A stretch of DNA of 64,000 bases, from contig NC_134033.1 of NCBI RefSeq assembly GCF_964204645.1, positions 2,438,131 to 2,502,130 on the forward strand, in the 5' to 3' direction. The notes beneath the pieces are model-generated. The model ran no database searches and was not told the DNA's origin. It saw only the letters and a list, made by a program, of their open reading frames with translations. This document shows, piece by piece, positions 1 to 10,170 of the stretch. A program made the translations under genes and the position numbers. Position 1 is the first letter of the stretch. Each line of letters opens with the position of its first letter. The DNA comes from Tubulanus polymorphus (taxonomy: Eukaryota; Animalia; Nemertea).

Positions 1-1
1 C

Positions 2-253
2 AAGTGCTCGTCTGCGGACGACGGACGAAGCGGAAAAGGTTCCCGAAACTGGGCCCCAAACCGCGTGATCGCGAAGAGAAATGCCCGCAGCGTCGTCGAA
101 TGCGGTGATATTTGTATGAACGACGAGAAATGTTCGGCCATGTCGTTCAACGGGGGACATTGCTACCTGTATGACGTCATCACAGACGACACCTGCATCG
201 CCAACAACAATCACGATGAAGGTAAAGCGAAGTACTACAAGGTAAGAATATAA
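2..253 (+). CDS. Partial exon encoding a PAN/Apple domain (gene begins upstream of the window)
   Basis: Frame is open from base 2. SVVECGDICMNDEKCSAMSFNGGHCYLY matches the PAN/Apple C-x3-C-x5-C...F...C-x-L pattern. It ends at TAA 253 or at a splice donor (AAG|GTAAGA after 241, or G|GTAAAG after 221). Confidence 0.7.
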   Translation, partial: KCSSADDGRSGKGSRNWAPNRVIAKRNARSVVECGDICMNDEKCSAMSFNGGHCYLYDVITDDTCIANNNHDEGKAKYYKVRI

Positions 254-274
254 TTTAATTACAACCTTCTACTT

Positions 275-1140
275 TTCGATGACTTCAACGAGTCAGTAAA
301 ATTATGATTAGTTACTAATGATGACCTCATTCTCAATGACTTCAACGATTCCAGTAAAATTATGATTAGTTACTAATGATGACCTCATTCTCAATGACTT
401 CAACGATTCCAGTAAAATTATGATTAGTTACTAATGATGACCTTCTCATTCTCAATGACTTCAACGATTTCAGTAAAATTATGATTAGTTACTAATGACG
501 ACCTTCTCATTCTCAATGACTTCAACGATTTCAGTAAAATTATGATTAGTTACTAATGACGACCTTCTCATTCTCAATGACTTCAACGATTCCAGTTAAA
601 TTATGATTAGTTACTAATGACGACCTTCTCATTCTCAATGACTTCAACGATTCCAGTTAAATTATGATTAGTTACTAATGATGACCTCATTCTCAATGAC
701 TTCAACGATTCCAGTAAAATTATGATTAGTTACTAATGATGACCTTCTCATTCTCAATGACTTCAACGATTTCAGTAAAATTATGATTAGTTACTAATGA
801 CGACCTTCTCATTCTCAATGACTTCAACGATTCCAGTTAAATTATGATTAGTTACTAATGACGACCTTCTTATTCTCAATGACTTCAACGATTTCAGTAA
901 AATTATGATTAGTTACTAATGATGACCTTCTCATTCTCAATGACTTCAACGATTTCAGTAAAATTATGATTAGTTACTAATGACGACCTTCTCATTCTCA
1001 ATGACTTCAACGATTTTAGTAAAATTATGATTAGTTACTAATGACGAACTTCTTATTCTCAATGACTTCAACGATTTGATAGAATTATGATTAATTACTC
1101 AGTATTCAGTAAAATTATAATTACGTGTCGTTACTAATGG
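275..1140. repeat. Minisatellite, ~59-61 bp unit, ~13 copies
   Basis: Tandem TCATTCTCAATGACTTCAACGATTTCAGTAAAATTATGATTAGTTACTAATGACGACCTTC with degenerate edges. Confidence 0.95.
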
Positions 1141-1386
1141 ATGACCCTCTTATTCTCGATGACTTCAACAATTCAACAAATATGATTCTGATTTTCGTGT
1201 TTATAATTTTCGTTGATTCCAACTATTCAGTAAAATTATAATTACTTAATGATGACGCGACCTTCAAATTCTCGATTGTTTAACTTGGAAACAATTTTCA
1301 GTACGATAAGATAAAAACCCACTATTTAAAAATCAAAAGAAATCTAAAATCGAGAATTTATTTATTGAAACAATCTAAAATATAAG

Positions 1387-1429
1387 AACACGACATTTCG
1401 ATCTCACACTAGAGATCATCGTCAGGTGT
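1387..1429 (-). ncRNA. Minimal type I hammerhead ribozyme motif
   Basis: Minus strand reads ACAC-CUGACGA-U-GAUCUC[UAGUGU]GAGAUC-GAAA-UG-UC^-GUGU: conserved core, 6-bp stem II, 4-bp stem I. Confidence 0.7.
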
Positions 1430-1487
1430 GAGTAGTAGCGGTCATCGTACGATCACCTGACGATGATCGTAGAGGTCATCGTCAGAT

Positions 1488-1527
1488 CACCTGACGATGA
1501 TCTCTAGTGTGAGATCGAAAAGTCGTG
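1488..1527 (+). ncRNA. Minimal type I hammerhead ribozyme motif
   Basis: CAC-CUGACGA-U-GAUCUC[UAGUGU]GAGAUC-GAAA-AG-UC^-GUG. Confidence 0.65.
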
Positions 1528-2053
1528 TTCTTATATTTAAGATTGTTTCAATAAATAAATTCTCGATTTTAGAATTCTTTTAATTTGTAAATACGTTTGA
1601 GTGTGGTTATCGTACCAATTTTCAGTGCGGTTGCCAGAACGCATTGCAAACTGGGAGCTTTCTGAATCGGGAAATACGGATACGGCTGATCACAACTTTT
1701 CCAAAAAATCAATTCAATGTTATGTCCATCGTGATTTTCAACTTGCGAAAATTATGTCCAACTTAAGTCTCGCGATTTGCGAAAAGGTTTTAGTTTTAGT
1801 TTTCTTCATTTCTCGCATCATTTGAATAAGATTCATCACAATTTTCACTCCTTTAAAATTTTGTCCAGCTGTCTCTCCGAGGTTTTATTCGGAAAATTCT
1901 CAAATGAAAAAATGACATCTTTTCTTTCTTGTCCCCTTCCATTTTAAAGCGCCTTTCAAAATTGTTTTATTTTAATTATTCCGCGACGAGAAAAATCCCA
2001 CAATAACAAAGCCAAAATTGAAAAATTCTATACCGGAATGATTGTATTTGTGG

Positions 2054-2094
2054 AGCGACGTTTCGGCTAACAACTGTTAGCCATCATCAGGCGT
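2054..2094 (-). ncRNA. Minimal type I hammerhead ribozyme motif (solitary)
   Basis: Minus strand reads GC-CUGAUGA-U-GGCUAAC[AGUU]GUUAGCC-GAAA-CG-UC^-GC: 7-bp stem II and palindromic ACGU in place of stem III. Confidence 0.72.
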
Positions 2095-2488
2095 ACTGGA
2101 ATTTTGATTTTTTCCCTTGACACTCCCATTTTTTCCGAAATCCAAGTAATTAGATAAAGGCCTAACATGCGACTCATCAAAGCAATGAACTCTCGACCGA
2201 GCCAAACTACACCGAACAAAAGGTTTAATTCGAAATTAAATATTTGTTCAAATTTTTTTGAAATTCAGATGAACACAGAGACCAATAAAAAAACAACTAA
2301 GATCGGTAAGCCATACATTCGGTATCACGAATTTAAAATTGAACTGGTTTATATTAAATTAAACAACCTTTCGGCCGAGTACCGTAGAATTCAAACGTGA
2401 AAAAAGACCTCAATCGATTTATAATCGGACAATCTTTCAGTAACTCTACCCCTCTGTACCTATGGTATTCTTTCGAACTCACTTTCAG

Positions 2489-3087
2489 ACGCAAAATCAT
2501 CGCCGCCCAGATACCGTTATTTCTTCGATTTTGAAAAAGTCGATCCCGAACGAGGACTCGTTTTCGGCGAGGGAACGAATATGACAGTAGACGATAACAA
2601 ACACAAACTTCATTTCAACCTCACCGAAGGTGTCAACGATAGCCGAGCTATATCAACGCCTAGTGATACACAGATAAGTTTGTGTTTTGGAAAGAAAAAT
2701 GCGATGGATGGATTTAAAAACTACTCGATTTCATTTTTTACCCCGCGTCAACTTCGTGGACGCGTGGATATCGCTGTTGGAAAGATGATAAAGGCAGAAT
2801 TCGACTTCGATTCAAATAGAACCACGTGTCCGGTAATATCATCGGCTGGTATAATGCAATTTAAGATTGACAACGTCGATAGTTCAGAAAAATGGATTTC
2901 AATAAGGTGCACAAACGAGGTTCTGTACATCGACGATATCGAGCAAGTAAGAAAGCGATACTCACCGTTGCTATACGCTGATTATATAGACCATGACCAC
3001 GAGGTCGCTTTGACACGGGAAAAAAATCTCAGGGTCCGAATCATCCGCACTGTCATCGATAATTTTACGATGGAAATTTGGAATTAA
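2489..3087 (+). CDS. Probable terminal exon, uncharacterised beta-rich domain (possibly ConA/LamG-like)
   Basis: Acceptor ACTTTCAG at 2488. The frame is open upstream of the 168-aa ORF (AKSSPPRYRYFFDFEKV...). YFFDFE and LCFG..DGF..YSISFF loosely recall invertebrate LamG-like domains. Confidence 0.5.
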
Positions 3088-3737
3088 GGAAAATGCGACG
3101 AAAGGAGGATGGATACATCCAGCGGATACAGGGTCCAACCTTGCCGTTCAAAAAGGGCACACGCAATATTCGAAATGAGGAGCCGAAATCGGTTTACGAT
3201 GCCAGTGGTTCGAATTGGGCGGATTAATCGACCTAGGGGAAAAACGATCTCAAAACATCCCCACACCCCGTATCGCCAACATTCAAACTTTCCGGATTTA
3301 GGCCACTTCACAATCCATTCAATATCAAACCGGAAACGTTTCTTTATAATAATCCCAAATCATAAGAAAATCCTTGGGGGGGGCATTTGAAATGTATTGA
3401 GTGCCTCAAGCGACGCATCTAAGGTAAACTGGATCCGCCCCGGATGCCTAAAAGCGGCAGTATCAAACACAATTACTGGCCATGTGTAGAAAAAGTGTTC
3501 AAAATTCATTATCACTCTTCGTAATCCGTTGCCGCACGTGGACATCAGTCAAACTTTCTGTAAATACGACACAACATTGACCGATTGTAATCTTTTGTTT
3601 GGTCGGTAATGCGTGTGTGAAGTCAATGTTTAAGTTATATGTAAAGTTATTTGTTTGTATAAAGTGTAACGGTAGTTGGTCGTTTTTTTGTTCGTTCTCT
3701 TGTGTCAGTATTCCAGTATTCCGTAGGATTGTGTTGT

Positions 3738-3760
3738 ATTGTTGTTGTTGTTGTTGTTGT
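3738..3760. repeat. (TTG)n microsatellite
   Basis: Direct inspection. Confidence 0.9.
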
Positions 3761-4863
3761 TTGGTATTGTTATTTTCCCGTGTAGGTGAAATGTATATAA
3801 TCTCCATGGTATTCTATCTTGTATATTCATATTTCTCTGTTAAACTGTCTGTATAACTTCTATTTAAAATGTGTGCTAAGAACCACTGAACTGTACTGTC
3901 CGTTCACAGTCACGGTCTTCAATATAAATATCTGGTTTTGTGAACATGCAGGCAGTTCGAGAGTTACGGCCAGACCAGTACTACGTAAAATAAATTGCTG
4001 TTATCTGAAATGTGGAAGTCGTTGGTCTTTAATACTTGACTTCGACGAATTCGCTACAAGATTTCCAGAGGATTCTCAATTGGTCGTAACATCCCGCCTT
4101 AAAGTTTATTGGCATATCCGTTTCCGGGTTACGCCCGCATTTTGTGTAATATTTTTGGCACTTGGTCGTTGGAGCTCCTCGGAGTATCAGTGCTTGTCTG
4201 TGTGCTTGCTATATTGAAATCTCCCTCAGTCGTCATGTTAGTTTTGTGCAAATTTATGCAAATTAATTATCGTAACTGTTTAGAACATTTCCTACCCTTA
4301 TAATATTTGTATTTGTAGAAACGTGTAATATTCGTCGTTTATTTTGTCGTCGTAATCTGAAAATAAACGCATAAATGAGAAGTATCGACTGACTTCGTTT
4401 GTCATTTGCAACGGCGTGGATTTAGAAACTGCTAAGATTTGTCAGTATAAATATCAAGCATTGTCGGTGTTTGACCGTCAATATGGAAAGCACTCCGAAC
4501 AATAGTATAATCATCAAACCACGGATACCATGATCAAACCTCCTGGGAACGAAATTCTCCGGTATCAAACAGCGAATGAGAAAGTCAAGACTACCGTCCA
4601 GATTTGTGAAAGGTCTCTCACGGGAGACTATTTGGGCGTGGGTTTCGTTTTGAACTGTGGTTGCGCGTCGATTCGTGAAACCAAGTGGACTTCGTTCACG
4701 CTATAGTTCATCACTTGTTTCAAGCCGTTTTCTTGTGTTTACATGACGTGATTCGATATTCTTCTCGAAAGCTGATATACAAACTGGACCGATTAAAACG
4801 GGCAAACTCAAACTGTTAAAGAAAGTTTCTCTTTTATTTCGATATCTCTGCAATAGCGCCGAA

Positions 4864-5928
4864 ATGACGGACGAGCAGCAGTGGAATAGCACCGATCTGA
4901 TGGGGAACGCGCCGGCAAAACCCGCAAGTAGTGAGTACGTTACGACCTGGGGATACATCTATATGAATCTGTTACCTCAATATTTCCAGATGGACGGAAC
5001 TCCCTGGAAAATACCGCTATTCATCGCGACACTAGGCGTGATTATACCTGTTGGACTCGTCGGTAATATCATCACGATTATTATAATGACTTGTAGCCCG
5101 ATGAAACGTCACGCCTATAGCGTGTATTTGGCCGCTCTGGCCGCCAGCGATCTTTTAAACCTCGGTATCCGTGTTTTAGCTTATGTCAACCTAGTGGCCG
5201 CGTTATCCGGATATCCCGGTCCGTATTTGCAGACGATGACCGGAAGTACTTCATGCGTCGTAGGCACGTACTTATTCACTATCGTAACTGTTCTCGGTAA
5301 CTGGTTAGTTTTGACGGTTACGATCGATCGGTTTTTAGCGGTTATCGTACCGCTCGCCTATCGGAAAGTTTCTACGAAATCGGCCGCTGTCAAAACTAGC
5401 GCCGCGGTTGTCACAGTAGCCGTCGCATTCTACGCGTATATGTTCATCCCTGGCTATATCGACCACTACATACCGGGTCGTGGTTGTTTGATCCATATCT
5501 ATTACAACAAAATCCATATGATTTTGACTGGAGTTTTGATCAGTCACGTGCCGGTTGGGTTGATTTTTGTCGGCAATATCGCCATCACGATCGCGATAAC
5601 TCGTCAAGCGAGTTTCGGAGCGTCCGGCGCCGACAAGAAGAAGCAGTCGGCGAAAAGAGTTACGAAACTTCTGCTTCTGGTGTCGACAATATTCTGCGTA
5701 TCGTCCAGCCCGTCGGGGGTCGTGTCGGCCCTGAAATCTCTACAACTCGACCTGCCCTATCTGGGTCTCGTCTGGGATATGGGGCTGATCACGTGGGATG
5801 CGAATTATTCGATCAATTTCATTCTGTACATCATGACGTCGAAAGAAGTGAGGAAGATTTTGGCGAATTTTTGCGCCGGCAAAAAACCCGAAAAAGCCAT
5901 CACAACAGGTTCTACAACGATTGAATAA
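4864..5928 (+). CDS. Intronless rhodopsin-family GPCR (FMRFamide-receptor-like orphan), 354 aa
   Basis: Seven hydrophobic segments; GN in TM1, LAASD in TM2, TIDRF in TM3, NFILY in TM7. Confidence 0.93.
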   Translation: MTDEQQWNSTDLMGNAPAKPASSEYVTTWGYIYMNLLPQYFQMDGTPWKIPLFIATLGVIIPVGLVGNIITIIIMTCSPMKRHAYSVYLAALAASDLLNLGIRVLAYVNLVAALSGYPGPYLQTMTGSTSCVVGTYLFTIVTVLGNWLVLTVTIDRFLAVIVPLAYRKVSTKSAAVKTSAAVVTVAVAFYAYMFIPGYIDHYIPGRGCLIHIYYNKIHMILTGVLISHVPVGLIFVGNIAITIAITRQASFGASGADKKKQSAKRVTKLLLLVSTIFCVSSSPSGVVSALKSLQLDLPYLGLVWDMGLITWDANYSINFILYIMTSKEVRKILANFCAGKKPEKAITTGSTTIE

Positions 5929-6546
5929 GATGTTCAGTAAAGATGTTAAACAATATTTAGATTTTAGAACCGCAACCATTGTACTATTGTTTATCACGGC
6001 ACTGCACAGCGTGTTTATAGGTTCAAGTCTCGAGGGGTGTTCACTAAAGACACGGGCGTTACCTGCCAACAATCTTTCCATCGAAGTAACAAAAGGGTTC
6101 CTCCTGGGACTAACACTCGGCGATGTAGGACGACGAATGGTTTAGAAATTCTCAAATAACAGTTATCAATATCAGGACTCATGGTATATCAAGATGATTT
6201 TAGGCGTGGGCTACGAATGTTGGTTTCACTTTGTTCATTGGTTCAGTCTCTCAGACTCCAGAATCGCGCAGCGCTGTTCGAACGTGGCTCGGGTTTAAAG
6301 CGGTACGAATTGAATTGGATAACAAAGATCGGAACAATAAATCTTTAATTTGCAAATTATCAGACAACTTTTCTTGTAAATAATATTTTAAAAGGGACTT
6401 TCTGTCGGCTCCAGGGCCGCGGCGTCTTATCTGACGGAGTAACAATCGATTGAAATCGTCCTCGCGTTGGAGGAAATTGCAGAACTTTCACTCAAAAACA
6501 AATAGTTTTGTTTCTCGTTAAACGATTTATTTTTGGAATATTGAAA

Positions 6547-7596
6547 ATGGACGGACAACAACTGAACAGTAGCGGCCTGAAGGGTAGTCTTCCAGCAGAT
6601 GAATATATCAGTACATGGGGATTCACGTATATGAATCTGTTACCTCAATATTTTCAGATGGACGGAAGTTCCTGGAAAATACCGCTATTCGTCGCGACAC
6701 TAGGCGTGATTATACCTGTTGGACTCGTCGGTAATATCATCACGATTATTATAATGACTTGTAGCCCGATGAAACGTCACGCCTATAGTGTGTATTTGGC
6801 CGCTCTGGCCGCCAGCGATCTTTTAAACCTCGGTATCCGTGTTATAGTGTATATCAACCTAGCAGCCGCGTTATCCGGATATCCGGGCCCGTATTTGCAG
6901 ACGATGACCGGACGCACTTCATGCGTCGTAGGCTCGTATTTATTCGTTACAGTAGGCGTCGCAGGTAACTGGTTAGTTTTGACGGTTACTATAGACCGGT
7001 TTTTAGCGGTTATCGTACCGCTCGCCTATCGGAAAGTTTCTACGAAATCGGCCGCTGTCAAAACTAGCGCTGCGGTTGTCACAGTAGCCGTCGCATTCTA
7101 CGCGTATATGTTCATCCCTGGCTATATCGACCACTACATACCGGGTCGTGGTTGTTTGATTAATGTGTCGTTCAACAAAATTCACATCATCATGACTGGA
7201 GTTTTGGGCAGTCACGTGCCGGTCGGGTTGATTTTTGTCGGCAATATCGCCATCACGATCGCGATAACTCGTCAAGCGAGTTTCGGAGCGTCCGGCGCCG
7301 ACAAGAAGAAACAGTCGGCGAAAAGAGTTACGAAACTTCTGCTTCTGGTGTCGACGGCGTTCTGCCTGTCATTTACGCCGATAGGGGTCGTGTCGGTCAT
7401 GAGAAATCTACAACTCGACCTGCCCGATCTGGACCTCGTACGCGATTTGGGTTTGATCACGTGGGATGCGAATTATTCGATGAATTTCATTCTGTACATC
7501 ATGACGTCGAAAGAAGTGAGGAAGATTTTGGCGAATTGTTGCGCCGGCAAAACACCCGAAAAAACCATCGCAACAGGTTCTACAACGATCCAATAA
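6547..7596 (+). CDS. Intronless rhodopsin-family GPCR, recent tandem paralogue of 4864-5928
   Basis: Same motifs, with long stretches identical to the first copy. ATG 6547 aligns with the paralogue N-terminus. Confidence 0.93.
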   Translation: MDGQQLNSSGLKGSLPADEYISTWGFTYMNLLPQYFQMDGSSWKIPLFVATLGVIIPVGLVGNIITIIIMTCSPMKRHAYSVYLAALAASDLLNLGIRVIVYINLAAALSGYPGPYLQTMTGRTSCVVGSYLFVTVGVAGNWLVLTVTIDRFLAVIVPLAYRKVSTKSAAVKTSAAVVTVAVAFYAYMFIPGYIDHYIPGRGCLINVSFNKIHIIMTGVLGSHVPVGLIFVGNIAITIAITRQASFGASGADKKKQSAKRVTKLLLLVSTAFCLSFTPIGVVSVMRNLQLDLPDLDLVRDLGLITWDANYSMNFILYIMTSKEVRKILANCCAGKTPEKTIATGSTTIQ

Positions 7597-7698
7597 GATC
7601 ACGATTGGTAGAACACTATATCCGTGTTGACGCGATGAGGAGAGAATCCCACAATGATAATAAAAAGTCCGAAAATGAAACTTCGAGATAGTAGTTTA

Positions 7699-7740
7699 TT
7701 TCAACGTTTCGACTATATCCTAATAGTCATCTTCAGGAAT
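7699..7740 (-). ncRNA. Minimal hammerhead ribozyme motif (left palindrome arm)
   Basis: Minus strand reads UUC-CUGAAGA-U-GACUAU[UAGGAU]AUAGUC-GAAA-CG-UU^-GAA. Confidence 0.72.
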
Positions 7741-7857
7741 AATGAGATACAACAGAAATTATGAGATATATATACAATCCAGAGACAAAGATTACTTGAA
7801 TTAGTCTCTTTGTCTCTGGATTGTATATATATCTCATAATTTCTGTTGTATCTCATT

Positions 7858-7899
7858 ATTCCTGAAGATGACTATTAGGATATAGTCGAAACGTTGAAA
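7858..7899 (+). ncRNA. Minimal hammerhead ribozyme motif (right palindrome arm)
   Basis: UUC-CUGAAGA-U-GACUAU[UAGGAU]AUAGUC-GAAA-CG-UU^-GAA. Confidence 0.72.
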
Positions 7900-8286
7900 T
7901 AAACTACTATCTCGAAGTTTCATTTTCGGACTTTTTATTATCATTGTGGGATTCTCTCCTGATCCAATAAGATATATACGTTTGATTCATATGTTTATCG
8001 TTAGTTTGATTACAAACACTGCGCGCATATGCGCATCAGCACTTGAAGACAAATCAGAAATATCACATGATGTAGATGTTTATAGGCTAGGTTACCATGG
8101 ACTTAATTTTATAGTTTTGGGTTCAGTTTTATCCGTGGGCTTAGAATAATAACAAGTACTCAGATTTAACCGTATAGGGTTCGAACGATCTTCTTCGATT
8201 TAGACAGAGAAATCTGTAGATTCGACCATCTTAAGTACTTCGATTTACTTCCAAAATCAAACTTTCTGTTTTTCTCTCGGACGGTG

Positions 8287-8607
8287 TATCCTCGCTTGCC
8301 AGGGGTCCGGTATCACTCCCGAACTCGCTTCCACCAGCCGCCTAGCCTCACGAAGCGTGATTTCATTATACTGGCGCTGTTGCGCATGACGTCATATATC
8401 GATTTGCGAAATACTTCCTTGTTCGGTAAAACGTTCGCTGAATGGTCAATTTAACGGGAAAACCAATAGAAGCCTAAAGTCGTTTGTTACAAGCGCTGTG
8501 ATTGGTACGACCGGATTCTGGTCGACGAGTAACGACTCCAACGACTCGTGAGGTCAAGGGGTTCGGGGAACAGCTTTAGCGTAGTGGGTTCGAATCCCTT
8601 GACGGGT
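8287..8607 (+). mobile_element. Dispersed ~320-bp non-autonomous element; inverted second copy at 55972-56289
   Basis: High-identity reverse-complement match to 55972-56289. Terminus TATCCTCGCTTGCCAGGG is shared with the MITE at 16050-16314. A B-box-like GGTTCGAATCCC lies at the other end. Confidence 0.8.
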
Positions 8608-10170
8608 AAAGATGTGGCCGGTGTGACATGTGGGATTGTAAGGGACACCAAAGTGTCAAAATCAAAACCGTGTGGTGTTCCTTAAGACACTGGGCGTCGA
8701 CTACCAACGATCGTTTCATCAATGGACAAATGTTTTTCATGGGACCAACACTTCGCGAATGGCTCTTGAGTATGCGGAAGCGGATGTGGGAACGATTTTA
8801 AAAAGATAGCAAAAATGGCCCCGCGCCGGGGTTTTGCCGGGCTTTAGTTGGTTTTCAAATCAATTCGATTTGATAGGAAATATATAGAATCAAGATTCAA
8901 TATACATCATATCTCATCGACGTGTACGCAATATAGTGGGACATAACATACATCAATTTTCTTTTTCACAGAATTTGTTAATAATCTGGTAGAAAATACA
9001 CTTGTAAATTTGGAAAATCGAAAATAAATATCTGGAAAATAATTTCAGCCATTTTTCCACGAAATCTGAATTCATTTTTGTGTTTTGCGTTACATGAAAA
9101 ATAGAATATGGAGACGGATTGTTGATTTTTCCCCTATGTCAGATAAACTGTTGCTGTACCCTTCAAGTAAAGACACAAGACTTTCAAATTATACCACTGT
9201 CAATAATCAGCCGTATGGAATTCTACATTTTATGGGGTCGTGTTCCTGACTGAACATTCATGAATAATGATCTCGATAATAAATCAAAAACGTCATCAGT
9301 AACGATTTCCGGTTTCGTCGTCCGTTTTCATTCTGTCGTCTGTTTCAAACAAGGTTAAGGTCACGCGTACGTTTCCCAACGCGTCAGAGCGCCTGAAATG
9401 ACGCAATTTAAAAAACGACATTCTTTATGAACGATTTCGTTGTTTACAACGATTTTGATTTACTTCCCGGTTTTTAAAAGCCCACAGTCGCGATTTGCAG
9501 ATGATTTATTGGCAGTAGTATAAAACACGAACTTACGTGACCAGTTTAGCGACGAATTCAAAACCCGTTTTGAATGCTACATAAAACGGTAGCTTGTTTT
9601 GCAAATCAGATACATATTTCGAAGACCTTTCGCGAGGAGGAAGTTTCATTTTCATTTTGTATCTAGTTTTCGCAAACGAATAGGATTTCTCAAGAATTTG
9701 ATAAAATTCTAGTGGTCGACGTGATTCTCATGTAAGATTGATCGGATTTGACATTTTAACTTTCGCTTTGTCGCGATGCAGGATTTTATAGGCTCGGCCA
9801 TTTTCTTATCGGCGTTGCTATGAAATCGGTGGACAACGGAATAGAATTTGATATTCGTATTCTCCTTACGCGTTTCGACGCGCTCGCGTGGGTCACGTGG
9901 TAGACCTCTTATTCCAGGTTACAAGGTCACTTTCTTAGATGCGGAAATTCTAATCGAAATACCCGCGTAGGAGACATTCACGCCTACATGTTTGATAAAA
10001 CTGCGATCGTATTTGAGAATCTTAATTGTCGTTTCGGAGTCAGATAGAAATTTTGGATTCATTGCCGAAGAAGGCTTCTACGCGTTGAAAGAGGTTGTTA
10101 ATAAACTTCGAAAAGTTTAAAATTCAAGCCTTTTCGAAAAACGGAGCGATATTTTACTTGTGTTGGCGAA

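Larger units (their letters stand above)
1324..1592. mobile_element. Palindromic element with one hammerhead motif per arm; Penelope-like element terminus remnant
   Basis: 1324-1428 is the near-perfect reverse complement of 1488-1592. The spacer holds partial CCTGACGATGA copies. Confidence 0.75.
7600..7960. mobile_element. Inserted palindromic element (153-bp arms) with hammerheads; Penelope-like terminus; 13-bp flanking direct repeat
   Basis: 7638-7790 is the reverse complement of 7808-7960. GATCCAATAAGAT occurs at 7587-7599 and 7961-7973. Confidence 0.8.
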
